The position numbers and the translations under genes were made by a program. From NCBI GenBank assembly GCA_963662465.1, contig OY759599.1:5664001-5728000 (forward strand): DNA of 64,000 nt, written 5' to 3'. Below are positions 9,448 to 18,383 of this stretch, piece by piece (the stretch's first letter is position 1; each line of letters opens with the position of its first letter). The DNA comes from Desulfatiglandales bacterium. GTDB lineage: Bacteria; Desulfobacterota; DSM-4660; Desulfatiglandales; Desulfatiglandaceae. Below the pieces are notes generated by a model. That model did not search any database, had not been told where the DNA came from, and was given only the letters and a program-made list of their open reading frames with translations.

Positions 9448-9590
9448 ATGCCCAAAACCGGCGAGAGCCGCTTTATACCCAAAACTTTGCCGGATTTTCA
9501 AAAGCACTCCCCAAACAATGAAGCCTGCATTGCTTACCTCTCACCAAGAGATTCCCCGGTGGCTTTTTATGCAGCCATTATAGATAATAC
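9448..9590 (+). pseudogene. IS1595-family transposase 5' remnant
   Basis: PKTLPDFQKHSPNNEACIAYL, then after a frameshift KRFPGGFLCSHYR*; resembles the IS1595 N-terminus (F..EEAC..YL...RWP.GF.CP.C zinc ribbon). Confidence 0.5.
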
Positions 9591-9717
9591 GAAGATAATG
9601 CAGGACTACCAGGGAGGACACATTTTGAAAGCCCCACCTGCAAATTGCATTTTTTTTGATTTAATGCAACTGGATCTCTCACAGGCAAATTATTGCACAT
9701 AACGACCTTCCTTTTGA

Positions 9718-10185
9718 CTATGAAGTCGACATCAGGATATTGATCTGCTGGTCCGTCATGTCGATCCCATCCTTGAAAACATCGAGAGTCCGATAGAAAA
9801 CCTGTTTTTTTATCCCTTCGGCCAGCACATTGTAGGTAAACAAAATCTGCCGCTTGTGGCCCCTGACCAGCCGTCCTATGTTCAGCTTTTCGTTGAGCTG
9901 TTCCAGATCGTCATCATCCAGAAATTGAGCACCAAGCCGTCCCAGGGCATAGGCCTGAAGGCTGAAGCAGTTAATGAATCCCATGGACAGGGGAATCCGG
10001 TAGAAAAATACCGCCACAAAGGAAAGACCCATCTGAAAAATGAGACAGTTATCACGTTCCCGAATGATAAAGTTCCGCTCCTCTATCCATTTTTTGACCT
10101 GCCCCTTCAGGATTGGCGAGGGACGCTCTTCCGGAAGGAAGTTGATAAAGGCGCCGGTTTCCGATTCAGGCGGAAGGGTTTTCAT
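9718..10185 (-). CDS. Hypothetical protein, YbjN/T3SS-chaperone-like fold suggested
   Basis: ATG at 10185 after GGAGG; LEQLNEKLNIGRL...ILFTYNV...GI...F pattern. Confidence 0.5.
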   Translation of the reverse strand: MKTLPPESETGAFINFLPEERPSPILKGQVKKWIEERNFIIRERDNCLIFQMGLSFVAVFFYRIPLSMGFINCFSLQAYALGRLGAQFLDDDDLEQLNEKLNIGRLVRGHKRQILFTYNVLAEGIKKQVFYRTLDVFKDGIDMTDQQINILMSTS

Positions 10186-10981
10186 CTGTATCAGCCCTCC
10201 CATCACCCGCTAGATAATAACCGGTCGCCCTTCTGAAAGCTTCCGAGGTTTTTGCCCCAGCGTAGCCGTCCACTTTCACATAGACCCCCGGAAGGGTATT
10301 TAGAAATCCCTGGAGGCCCGCGGCATGCGACGTTTTTTCCCGGGGTGCATATCTCAAAAGCGGCATTGCCGTTTCAGGCGGCGGGGCTTCCAACTCCGGA
10401 TCAAAGACCGCCAGGCCTTTCTCCGCCATTCTTCTCAATACCACGGCCGCCCCCATCTGGCGGGATACCGCCGTGTTGGAAAAGGTGCCGTCAGCCACAT
10501 ATTTACCGCGGGCGTAGTGTTGGGAATAACTCCACAAGTAGGGGGAAAGGACCTCCGGATGCCATTTTCGATACCCCCATCCATTGTATCCTTCCAGCTT
10601 GTAAAGGGTCCCTGGAACGCTCCAATCGTTCCAGCGGTCCATCCGCTCCAACCGAAGGGCGTCCATGGCGCTTTCCTCCCAGGTGAAGGGCGGAGTGCCG
10701 GTGCGTGGATGGCCCGAAGGCACGTGTATCGTTCTTTTTGTTAGGGGATCACCATTGTGCAAGTGCCGGTCAAACCCTGAAGACGCCTCCATCAGATGAA
10801 TCACCGCAATCACAAACCAGGGGATTTCAAGCACGTCGGCCACCCGCTGGTAACGTCCCAGATTTGAAACGATTCTTCCTACAATTGACGATACTTCCGC
10901 TGTCCGGGTTTCCCTGATGATGCAGGTGTCGAACAAACGCCGGTAATCCGCTCGCAACCCCTCGGTCAATTTCATGAACAT
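10166..10981 (-). CDS. Lysozyme-family protein (COG5526-like) with C-terminal peptidoglycan-binding motif
   Basis: IPWFVIAVIHLME, HLHNGDPL..RT.HVP.G.P, LEGYNGWGY, SPYLWS, GKYVADG; C-terminal LQGFLN...VDGYAGAKT. Confidence 0.85.
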   Translation of the reverse strand: MFMKLTEGLRADYRRLFDTCIIRETRTAEVSSIVGRIVSNLGRYQRVADVLEIPWFVIAVIHLMEASSGFDRHLHNGDPLTKRTIHVPSGHPRTGTPPFTWEESAMDALRLERMDRWNDWSVPGTLYKLEGYNGWGYRKWHPEVLSPYLWSYSQHYARGKYVADGTFSNTAVSRQMGAAVVLRRMAEKGLAVFDPELEAPPPETAMPLLRYAPREKTSHAAGLQGFLNTLPGVYVKVDGYAGAKTSEAFRRATGYYLAGDGRADTDENPSA

Positions 10982-11036
10982 TTCTCCTGCAAGCTGTCGT
11001 CTTTTTTATGGTTCAAAGGCCATTTAAGATGTAGCA

Positions 11037-11065
11037 TTGACGCAAAATTTTCCTAAGTATACACT
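11037..11065 (+). promoter_or_regulatory. Putative sigma70 promoter
   Basis: TTGACG-N17-TACACT upstream of the 11180 CDS. Confidence 0.45.
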
Positions 11066-11179
11066 GTCGGCACCGAGGGAGTCCATATGGAAAAAACCCG
11101 TGTTCAAAAAATCGGGCTTTTAATCAAGTCATTTTCCTAGGACCCGGCGTTTCAATGATCACCATTTGCGAGAAACCCC

Positions 11180-11980
11180 ATGACCGATTGCAACCGCATA
11201 ACCGTAAGCCGACAGGAACTCGAACGGCTCTTTGCCCTTTACCATAACCGTCAATGGGTTCATCCGGATCCCCTCGAATTTCTGTATTTGTACCGGGAAA
11301 AAAAGGACCGGGAAATGGTGGGGCTCATCGCCTCTTCCCTGGCCTACGGTCGGGTGACCCAGATTTTGAAAAGCGTATCCACCGTGCTTGAAAAAATGGG
11401 GCCTTCCCCCTGTGATTTTGCCCTGTCATCCACTGATGCCACACTTGAAAAGACCTTCGCGGGGTTTAAACACCGGTTTACTACGGCGAAAGATCTTGTA
11501 ACCCTCCTGCGGGGCGCCGGGTCGGTTTGCAAACATTATGGTTCTTTGTACAACTGCTTTATGGAAACCTACCGTGACCGGCAAGACACCGTCCATGAAG
11601 CACTGTGTTTTCTGGTGAGCGAACTGAGAAAAGCGAGCGGCGGAAGCGCCAACAGTCTTCTACCATTGCCGGAAAGAGGGAGTGCAAGCAAAAGACTGCA
11701 CCTTTTTCTTCGCTGGATGGTGCGAAACGATCAGGTGGATCCGGGCGGCTGGCATGATGTGAGCCCGAGCAAACTCATTGTTCCGCTTGACACGCACATG
11801 CACCGCATCTGCTCACAGCTCCATATGACCGCCAGAAAACAGGGAGATCTGAAAACGGCCATGGAAATCACCCATGCATTCAGGGAACTGGCGCCGGAAG
11901 ATCCCGTCAAATACGATTTTGTCCTCACCCGGCTCGGCATTCGCAAAGACTGCGATCCGGGGGAATTGTTTTCAAATTAA
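11180..11980 (+). CDS. TIGR02757/DUF2400 family protein (HhH-GPD-like)
   Basis: HPDPLEF, LAYGRV.QI, SASKRLHLFLRWMVR, VPLDTH, PEDPVKYDF. Confidence 0.92.
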   Translation: MTDCNRITVSRQELERLFALYHNRQWVHPDPLEFLYLYREKKDREMVGLIASSLAYGRVTQILKSVSTVLEKMGPSPCDFALSSTDATLEKTFAGFKHRFTTAKDLVTLLRGAGSVCKHYGSLYNCFMETYRDRQDTVHEALCFLVSELRKASGGSANSLLPLPERGSASKRLHLFLRWMVRNDQVDPGGWHDVSPSKLIVPLDTHMHRICSQLHMTARKQGDLKTAMEITHAFRELAPEDPVKYDFVLTRLGIRKDCDPGELFSN

Positions 11981-12867
11981 AGGGCCCGGGACCATTCCGG
12001 TCGGAGATCGATATTCCCCGCCAGGGCGCTGTCAATCTGGGCCAGGGCCGCGTCCTTTCCCTTGGGAAGCCGGGCCTTGATGGGCAGATAATTGGAAGCA
12101 TGGTTAGAGAAAAACATCCCTCTACTGAGCTGGGTATTGGCGATCATCTCTCGCAATTCAACCAGGGTTTCCTTTTCGTTAAGGAGCCGAAAGTCACCCC
12201 GTTTGTATTCATCATGGAGTGGGGTTCCCGGCATCACCATGACGGTGAGGGCCCCCACGTAATTGGGATCCATGGCGCTCAAAACTTCCCCCGTGGCCCT
12301 GGCGTGCTGAAGGGAGAGCTTCGGGTCATTTCCCGCAATGCCCAGGAGTACCGTGACGGAGAGCTTGATGCCCGCTTCCCGGACCTTTCGGCCCATGTTG
12401 ATGAGATGCTGGGCCGTTGCACCCTTTCGGATCTTTTTGAGCAGGGGATCATCGCCTGTTTCCACCCCCATATAAATAATGCCGAGCCCGTTATCATGAA
12501 GGGCTTTCAGGTCTTCGGGGCTTTTCATGTTGATCCCCTTGGCATTTCCATAGGCCCCCACCCGTTTCACCCAGGGGAGGTGTTCTCGAATGCGGTCCAG
12601 TATCCACATGAGCCGTTTCTGGGGAACGATCAGGGCATCCCCATCCATAAGGAAAACCCGATCCTGTCGTTTCATGTATTTGCCGGCAAAAAGGATATCC
12701 GATAGAATAATTTTATCGTCTTTGATAGTAAATCGTTTGTCGTTGTAGGTCCCACAAAAGGTGCACTTGTTATGGGAACATCCCAGGGTCACCTGAAGCA
12801 GGATGCTGTAGGCCTCACTGGGAGGTCTGATGCAGTTGCCGTCATAATGCATCCCTTCACTTTCCAT
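11977..12867 (-). CDS. Radical SAM protein
   Basis: IRPPSEA.S.LLQVT.GCSHNKCTFC (CxxxCxxC); FLMDGDAL; SNHASNY. Confidence 0.92.
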   Translation of the reverse strand: MESEGMHYDGNCIRPPSEAYSILLQVTLGCSHNKCTFCGTYNDKRFTIKDDKIILSDILFAGKYMKRQDRVFLMDGDALIVPQKRLMWILDRIREHLPWVKRVGAYGNAKGINMKSPEDLKALHDNGLGIIYMGVETGDDPLLKKIRKGATAQHLINMGRKVREAGIKLSVTVLLGIAGNDPKLSLQHARATGEVLSAMDPNYVGALTVMVMPGTPLHDEYKRGDFRLLNEKETLVELREMIANTQLSRGMFFSNHASNYLPIKARLPKGKDAALAQIDSALAGNIDLRPEWSRAL

Positions 12868-12903
12868 TTTCTTTTTCTCCTGTTATGGGCAGATATTTTG
12901 AAT

Positions 12904-12974
12904 GGGCGGACACACAGGTCCGCCCCTACGATCGGTTGCATTTTCATGGGCAAACACGGGGGTCTTGCCCCTAC
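12904..12974 (-). repeat. Two tandem GTAG-type REP hairpins
   Basis: GGGCGGACACACAGGTCCGCCCCTAC (12904-12929) and GGGCAAACACGGGGGTCTTGCCCCTAC (12948-12974), both followed by GATCGGT. Confidence 0.85.
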
Positions 12975-14008
12975 GATCGGTGGCGGCGCCAATGGACCTT
13001 CAGGGCTTTCAGAGGGTTCTTGGCGGAATCCATGACCGCCGTGGGTTCGAAACCGCTGTGGAGCATGCAGTGGGTGCATCGAGGATCCCGACCCACGCCG
13101 TATTTTGACCAGTCCGTGTTTTCCATCAACCCCCGGTAAGTATCTTCATAACCATCGTTGATAAGGTAGCAGGGTTTTTGCCAGCCAAAAATGTTCCGAG
13201 TGGGATTCCCCCAGGGGATACAGGCGTAATCCTGGTTTCCTTCCAGAAAATCCAGATACAGACTGCTGTGATTGAACCGCCAGGACTTTTTTTTCCCCAG
13301 CATAAAAATGGATCGAAATAATTTTTTGGCTTCATCCCGATTGAAAAAATGTTCCTGGTCCGATGCATTTTCATAGTTAAAAGCAGACGCAACGGTCATG
13401 GCTTCCACCTGAAGAGACGTCAGCAGATCAAACAATTGACCCGCACTCTCGGCGGTTTCCCCCTTAAACAGGGTGGTGTTGGTGGTAACCCGAAACCCTT
13501 TTGAAATTAAAAGCCTAATGGCCTTTACAGCATTTTCAAATACCCCTTTACGGCCCACCCTTGCGTCATGACGTTCGTTGAGCGCATCCAAATGAACATT
13601 AAATGTGAGATAAGTATTGGGTTCGAACTCATCAATCCGTTTTTGAACGAGAAGGGCATTGGTACACAAGTATACGAATTTTTTCCGGGCCGCAAAGCCT
13701 TTGGCTATTTCCGCTATTTGTGGATGCATGAGGGGTTCACCGCCCGCAATGGACACCACGGGGGCGCCACATTCCTCCACCGCAGCCATGCACGCATCCA
13801 AGCTCATGCGTTTTTTAAGGATTTCCTCCGGGTAGGCAATTTTTCCGCAGCCTTTGCAGGCCAGGTTACAGCGGAAAAGAGGTTCAAGCATCAGCACCAG
13901 GGGAAATCGCCCGTTGCCGTTTGAACTGAACCGTTTTCTACCGACATAGGCGCCGATACGCGCCTTTTGAATAAATGGTATTCCCAAATACAGCTCCTTA
14001 TTCCTCAA
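12971..14008 (-). CDS. hpnH: Adenosyl-hopene transferase (hopanoid radical SAM)
   Basis: RFPLVLMLEPLFRCNLACKGCGKI, VSIAGGEPLMH, CIPWGNPTRNIFGWQKPCYL, DPRCTHCMLHSGFEPTAV. Confidence 0.95.
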   Translation of the reverse strand: MRNKELYLGIPFIQKARIGAYVGRKRFSSNGNGRFPLVLMLEPLFRCNLACKGCGKIAYPEEILKKRMSLDACMAAVEECGAPVVSIAGGEPLMHPQIAEIAKGFAARKKFVYLCTNALLVQKRIDEFEPNTYLTFNVHLDALNERHDARVGRKGVFENAVKAIRLLISKGFRVTTNTTLFKGETAESAGQLFDLLTSLQVEAMTVASAFNYENASDQEHFFNRDEAKKLFRSIFMLGKKKSWRFNHSSLYLDFLEGNQDYACIPWGNPTRNIFGWQKPCYLINDGYEDTYRGLMENTDWSKYGVGRDPRCTHCMLHSGFEPTAVMDSAKNPLKALKVHWRRHRS

Positions 14009-14736
14009 TTATCATGCGTTTCCATTTTACACAGTTGCTTCATCAGGTCCAGTGCCTGTTGCCATGGTCCTTCCCGCCCGCTACAGGGGGGCATGCAGAT
14101 CAAAATTTTTCGCAACTGGTCGCAGGCCGGCCCCGGTTCTTCATCTTCCAAATACGCCTTGGCGAGTCCCAGACGATTTTCAAAAAAATCGGGATCCCGC
14201 ACAACGGCGCGTTTGTAATGGGCCAGCGCCTTTTCCAAATCTCCAATGCTGACAGGGGGTCCGGGCGCCCGCAGATAGAGTTCCCCCAGCATTCGATCCG
14301 GACCGCCATGATCCAGTTGGGGACTCAGGCGGGCCGCCTCAAGGGCAGACCGTTCGATGACCGGCGCCAGAGCCAACCCCCTCAAGGTATCGTTTTCAGC
14401 TTCAAGTCCAGCCAGGTAAGCGGCCAGGTAATGGGCCATACCGTTTTCAGGGTCACGGGCAACAGCTGCTTCGGCCAGCTTGCGCCCTTTCAGAGCGTTT
14501 TCAAGTCGTATGACCCGGGTTTTTCCGTTTTGTGCCAGCACGGCGTAACAGCGAGCCGCCTGAACTGCCGCTCCCGATTTTCCAGCGTCCTTTTCCCACA
14601 ACACGGCCTGATCCCGGGTGCAGGGAGACCACAGAGTGGTTTCTTCCCCGTCCGGCAACCGCATGACGTCCCGGGTCGAGGCGCAGGCCGTGAGGAATAA
14701 AAAGATCATCCACAGGCTACGGAATAAAACAGCCAT
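14005..14736 (-). CDS. TPR/TatT-like lipoprotein (BstC-like)
   Basis: Lipobox FLFLTAC; HYLAAYLAG, DHGGPDRMLGELYLRAPGPPVSIGD.EKA..H pattern of TRAP T-component-like proteins. Confidence 0.7.
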   Translation of the reverse strand: MAVLFRSLWMIFLFLTACASTRDVMRLPDGEETTLWSPCTRDQAVLWEKDAGKSGAAVQAARCYAVLAQNGKTRVIRLENALKGRKLAEAAVARDPENGMAHYLAAYLAGLEAENDTLRGLALAPVIERSALEAARLSPQLDHGGPDRMLGELYLRAPGPPVSIGDLEKALAHYKRAVVRDPDFFENRLGLAKAYLEDEEPGPACDQLRKILICMPPCSGREGPWQQALDLMKQLCKMETHDN

Positions 14737-15556
14737 TTTCTTTATCGCTTAACCGAAATTGCAACAGGTCCAGGTCCGCGGGTCCAAAGCCGTCCGTTTG
14801 TAAGAGGGTCAGAAGTTTTTCGGCGCTTGCGTCCCCTTTCATCCCCTGCAGGACCCCGGCCAGTTTTTTCATGGTTTCATTGGCTGAACCAAACCAGATC
14901 ACCGGGCTTACGGGCAACTCCCGGGAAGTGTGCATCACTTTGATCTTTTTACCAACCGACAGGGTTTGAACGGTTCCATACTGAACCCGATCCAGCACCA
15001 CCCCGCTGGTTTTGCCCTTAACCACCGAGCGGAGAGATCTCAGGGGACGAAAGGTCCCCTCAAGGGTAAAGGGCAATCGATCCGGAAGGCATCCAAACAA
15101 TAAGCAGGCGGCCGCCTTGTTTTCAAACAGCATGTTCCCAAGAATTTTGCCGTTCAGGGATTGCCAGTCCGATCCCGCATCCTCATGGGCCATCAGGCGC
15201 CAGACATCTTTTATAAATCCGCCCGGCCGCGTAGCGGCCATGGGCGTCATTTGAAAACGGCGGGCATACCGGGCGTAAACCCCTAATTGTACAATTCCCC
15301 ATACCGGCGGCGAGGATGTCAGAAACGCCAGGGCAGGTTCCAGTTGGTTGAAATAACGACCCCGAAGGGTTACGCCAGGCCCCATTTTCCGCTGAATATA
15401 ATCAGCCAGGGCATCCATCGCCGGACGCGCTTCCGCTTCCGTTCCCGGCTGACCCGGCTGGATCACCGCAAAATCCAGATTGCCCCCCTCGGCATGCCCA
15501 TTCACGGACCCGAAAAGCATGGCAAAAAAGAACAATACGGCCCCATATTTTTTCAT
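14717..15556 (-). CDS. Periplasmic substrate-binding protein, PhnD-like (BstB-like)
   Basis: Sec signal MKKYGAVLFFFAMLFGSVNGHA; SBP-like tail (VVKGK..GVVLD, VMHTS.ELPVSPV, LLTLLQTDGF). Confidence 0.65.
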   Translation of the reverse strand: MKKYGAVLFFFAMLFGSVNGHAEGGNLDFAVIQPGQPGTEAEARPAMDALADYIQRKMGPGVTLRGRYFNQLEPALAFLTSSPPVWGIVQLGVYARYARRFQMTPMAATRPGGFIKDVWRLMAHEDAGSDWQSLNGKILGNMLFENKAAACLLFGCLPDRLPFTLEGTFRPLRSLRSVVKGKTSGVVLDRVQYGTVQTLSVGKKIKVMHTSRELPVSPVIWFGSANETMKKLAGVLQGMKGDASAEKLLTLLQTDGFGPADLDLLQFRLSDKENGCFIP

Positions 15557-15564
15557 GGCATTCC

Positions 15565-15592
15565 TCACTTTTCACTCTTCACTCTTCACTTT
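15565..15592. repeat. Heptamer tandem repeat (TCACTYT)x4 at a gene junction
   Basis: TCACTTT-TCACTCT-TCACTCT-TCACTTT; includes the MMPL stop codon. Confidence 0.75.
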
Positions 15593-18383
15593 TCGTAAAC
15601 CGTCCCATCAATTTCAGAATCGGCGGCAGCACGAACAGGCACGCCAACATGCCCATCAAAGAGCCCAGCACCATGATGCTTCCCAGGCTGGCCAGCCCCC
15701 GGTGGTGCGCAAACAGAAGCCCGCCGAAACCGATCATGGTGGTGGTAAAACTCAGGGCCACGGCGGTGGGGGTACTCGTGTAAAAAAGTCCGCCAACCCC
15801 GGGCTGCCTGGGACGATCCGCCAGCAGAGGTTCAATTTCCCGCCACCGGGCCAGGAAATGAACCCCCCCGTCCACGCCGATGGCAATGAGAATGGGAATG
15901 GCAAAAAAGTTGGCCAGATTGAAATGAAGCCCCAGCCACCCCATCAACTCCAGCAGCCATAGCATACTTACGCCCAAAGGTAAAATGGTAAGCATCACGT
16001 ATCGCACCGAACGGGCATAAGCCCAAAGAATCAGACACACCAACAGGATGGTCAGGGCCGCCGCCCGGAGAAACGTACTGTGCATCAACTGGGCCGACTC
16101 ATATACCCCCACGGGAACCCCACTCACATGAGGGGCCACCTTCCGCAGGGCCGCCACAAAATGGCCCAGCGCATCAAAATCCCATACGTCTCCCGTGGGA
16201 CTGATTTTGATCTGGTAGCTCCCATCCTTGCCCACATAGAGATCTCTGAGGCTGGGCGGAAGGTTTTCGGGCGTCACCGATTTGGCCCCGAGCCATCGTT
16301 TTAATTGTTTAAGGGATGTCATGATATCCCGCGCCAGTGCCGTCTCCAACCCATCAAGGCGACCTGCCCGGTCGGGATATCGCTCCAGTTGTTCAATGGC
16401 GGCAGCCACGGCTTCCATATTTTTTCCCACGAGGGGAAGTTCTTGTTTAGCCCCGGCAACAAAGAGCTTTTCCTCCAGGTTTTCCAGGGCCTCGGACAGC
16501 CGTAAAAGCGCTGCAATAAGCGATTTCGGGTTGAGAGGATGTTTTGTCGGGAATTGATCCGGGACTTTTTCGAGGGCCCTGGCCGCTCTTTGGTATTCCG
16601 CTGATTTTTCTTCCTGTTTATCCGGAATAAAATCGAGAACGCTTTCCACCCGGCCCACGGAGGGAATGGTCTTGAACTTCCGGGCCAAATCTTTGACCTG
16701 TTCCAGGGTTTTGGCCGAAATGATGGCATACCAGGTGCTTTCGTCGGCGGTTTCAACCAGTATCCTTTCATATTCCACGGATTCCAGCCCTCGGGCCTGA
16801 AGTTCCAGCAGATTGTAGTTGAAGCGCACCTTGAAGAGCCCGGGAAGGGCCAGAAGGGTCAGGACCAGGAGAATGCTCAACACCAGTTTAGGGCGTTTAA
16901 AAAAACGCTCCAGAAAGGGCATGGCGCTAATCCTGGGCATGGAGGAAGGGAAAAGCTTGTTTTTGCCGGCCAACAGAAGCATGGCGGGCAACACCATCAT
17001 CATGGATGCCAGGCAGAGGAGTACGCCGGTGCCGCCGATAAGACCCAGTTGCGCCAGGCCGATGAAGTCAGACCCCAGAACCGAATAAAATGCGCAGACC
17101 GATGTAACAGCCCCCAGAATCACCCCGGGGCCGGTTCTGAAAAGAGACGCCCGAACCGCATCTTCCACGCCGAGACCCTTGCCATGAGCTTCCACATAGC
17201 GCATGACCATATGAATGCCGAAATCCACGCCGATGCCCACCAGCACCAGGGCAAAAATCACGGACAGCAGATTCAATTCTCCCACGGTGACCGTGGCAAA
17301 CCCGAAACTCCAAGCCATGGCCAGGACCAGAGAGAACAACACCAGAAACGGCCTGAGCCATCCATGGAGGACAATCATGAACAGCACCCCCACAAACAGT
17401 ACGGCAATGACGGACGCCCGCGTCATGTCCCGGTCCGTGGTTTCCATCTCATCCGCCTGAAGCGCCGGTCTTCCGGTGAGCCCCACAGCCAGACCGGGGA
17501 ATTCCGCGCGGGTCGCGTTAAGGGCCTCGCGCACCACCGCAAGCGGCTTTCCGATGACATCCAGGGCGCCGAAATCCTTGATCGGCAGGATGCGCATAAC
17601 CAGCAATCGGCCGGAAGCGGAAAAGAAATACTCGCCTCCACCCTGGCTGAGATCAAACAGCGAGCAGTCGCTTTCCTTTCCCGACAAAGCCTCATCCACG
17701 TTATCCAAAAGGTTCCCGAGCAGCCCGAGGGCCTGCCCCATCATCGCAGGGTCCATATCAGTGACAAGTGACGCCCCCTGCCCCCCGACCTCCGACCTCT
17801 GACCTCTGACCTCTGACCTCCGACCTCCGACCTCCGACCTCTGACCTCCGACCTCCGACCCCTGCCCTTCAAGAAGCCCCGCCGCCATGCCAAAGAAACC
17901 GGCCAGGGACCCGTCCCGAACCCACTGATCCACGAAAGGCGCTAGAAAACGAAGGGTTCCGGAAAGGGTTTTTGCCTCTTCGGGAGAAGCAAAAAGGAGC
18001 GCGCCGTCGCCCAGACCCCGGGCCAAAATACGGTAGTAAACCGCCTGAATAAGTGTTGGGTGTTCCGCGAGACGCACATTCAACTGTTCCGCAAACTGAA
18101 TGGCCTGTTTTTTTCCTGCCTCGGTTCCGCCTGTTTGAATGACCACGAAAAGATATTCCTGGTCTCCAAAATTCTCAAGGTGGTCCAGATATGTTTTTTG
18201 AAAGGGAACGGAGGGTGAGACCAGGCAATCCTGATTGCTGTTCAGGTGTAGAAAAAAAACGGAAACGAGCGCTGAAACCAATGCCAGCACAATCCCTGAA
18301 ACAATAATAGCGCCGGGATGGGCATGAACCATGCGCCAAAGTGGGTTCAGCAAGTAATTCCGTCGTTTGGGGACTGGGTTCAT
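15579..18383 (-). CDS. hpnN: MMPL/RND hopanoid transporter (HpnN/BstA-like)
   Basis: Two RND-type TM bundles; GLTGRPAL.ADE, LVGIGVDFGIH, FNYNLLELQ, LIAIGVDGGVH, HRGLASLG; ATG at 18383 overlaps the hpnO stop (ATGA). Confidence 0.85.
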   Translation of the reverse strand: MNPVPKRRNYLLNPLWRMVHAHPGAIIVSGIVLALVSALVSVFFLHLNSNQDCLVSPSVPFQKTYLDHLENFGDQEYLFVVIQTGGTEAGKKQAIQFAEQLNVRLAEHPTLIQAVYYRILARGLGDGALLFASPEEAKTLSGTLRFLAPFVDQWVRDGSLAGFFGMAAGLLEGQGSEVGGQRSEVGGRRSEVRGQRSEVGGQGASLVTDMDPAMMGQALGLLGNLLDNVDEALSGKESDCSLFDLSQGGGEYFFSASGRLLVMRILPIKDFGALDVIGKPLAVVREALNATRAEFPGLAVGLTGRPALQADEMETTDRDMTRASVIAVLFVGVLFMIVLHGWLRPFLVLFSLVLAMAWSFGFATVTVGELNLLSVIFALVLVGIGVDFGIHMVMRYVEAHGKGLGVEDAVRASLFRTGPGVILGAVTSVCAFYSVLGSDFIGLAQLGLIGGTGVLLCLASMMMVLPAMLLLAGKNKLFPSSMPRISAMPFLERFFKRPKLVLSILLVLTLLALPGLFKVRFNYNLLELQARGLESVEYERILVETADESTWYAIISAKTLEQVKDLARKFKTIPSVGRVESVLDFIPDKQEEKSAEYQRAARALEKVPDQFPTKHPLNPKSLIAALLRLSEALENLEEKLFVAGAKQELPLVGKNMEAVAAAIEQLERYPDRAGRLDGLETALARDIMTSLKQLKRWLGAKSVTPENLPPSLRDLYVGKDGSYQIKISPTGDVWDFDALGHFVAALRKVAPHVSGVPVGVYESAQLMHSTFLRAAALTILLVCLILWAYARSVRYVMLTILPLGVSMLWLLELMGWLGLHFNLANFFAIPILIAIGVDGGVHFLARWREIEPLLADRPRQPGVGGLFYTSTPTAVALSFTTTMIGFGGLLFAHHRGLASLGSIMVLGSLMGMLACLFVLPPILKLMGRFTKSEE
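17778..17868. repeat. Heptamer tandem repeat (CYGACCT)n inside the MMPL CDS
   Basis: Ten perfect CYGACCT units at 17785-17854 plus degenerate flanking units; encodes GSEVGGQRSEVGGRRSEVRGQRSEVGGQG. Confidence 0.95.

Noticed and set aside
7990..11000. Integrative element or prophage at tRNA-Thr
   Set aside because: No integrase, no phage structural genes, and I found no duplicated tRNA 3' end
17778..17868. Repeat arrays and REP clusters as a CRISPR array
   Set aside because: Units are 7-bp tandem repeats or isolated hairpins with no unique spacers; no cas genes in the window
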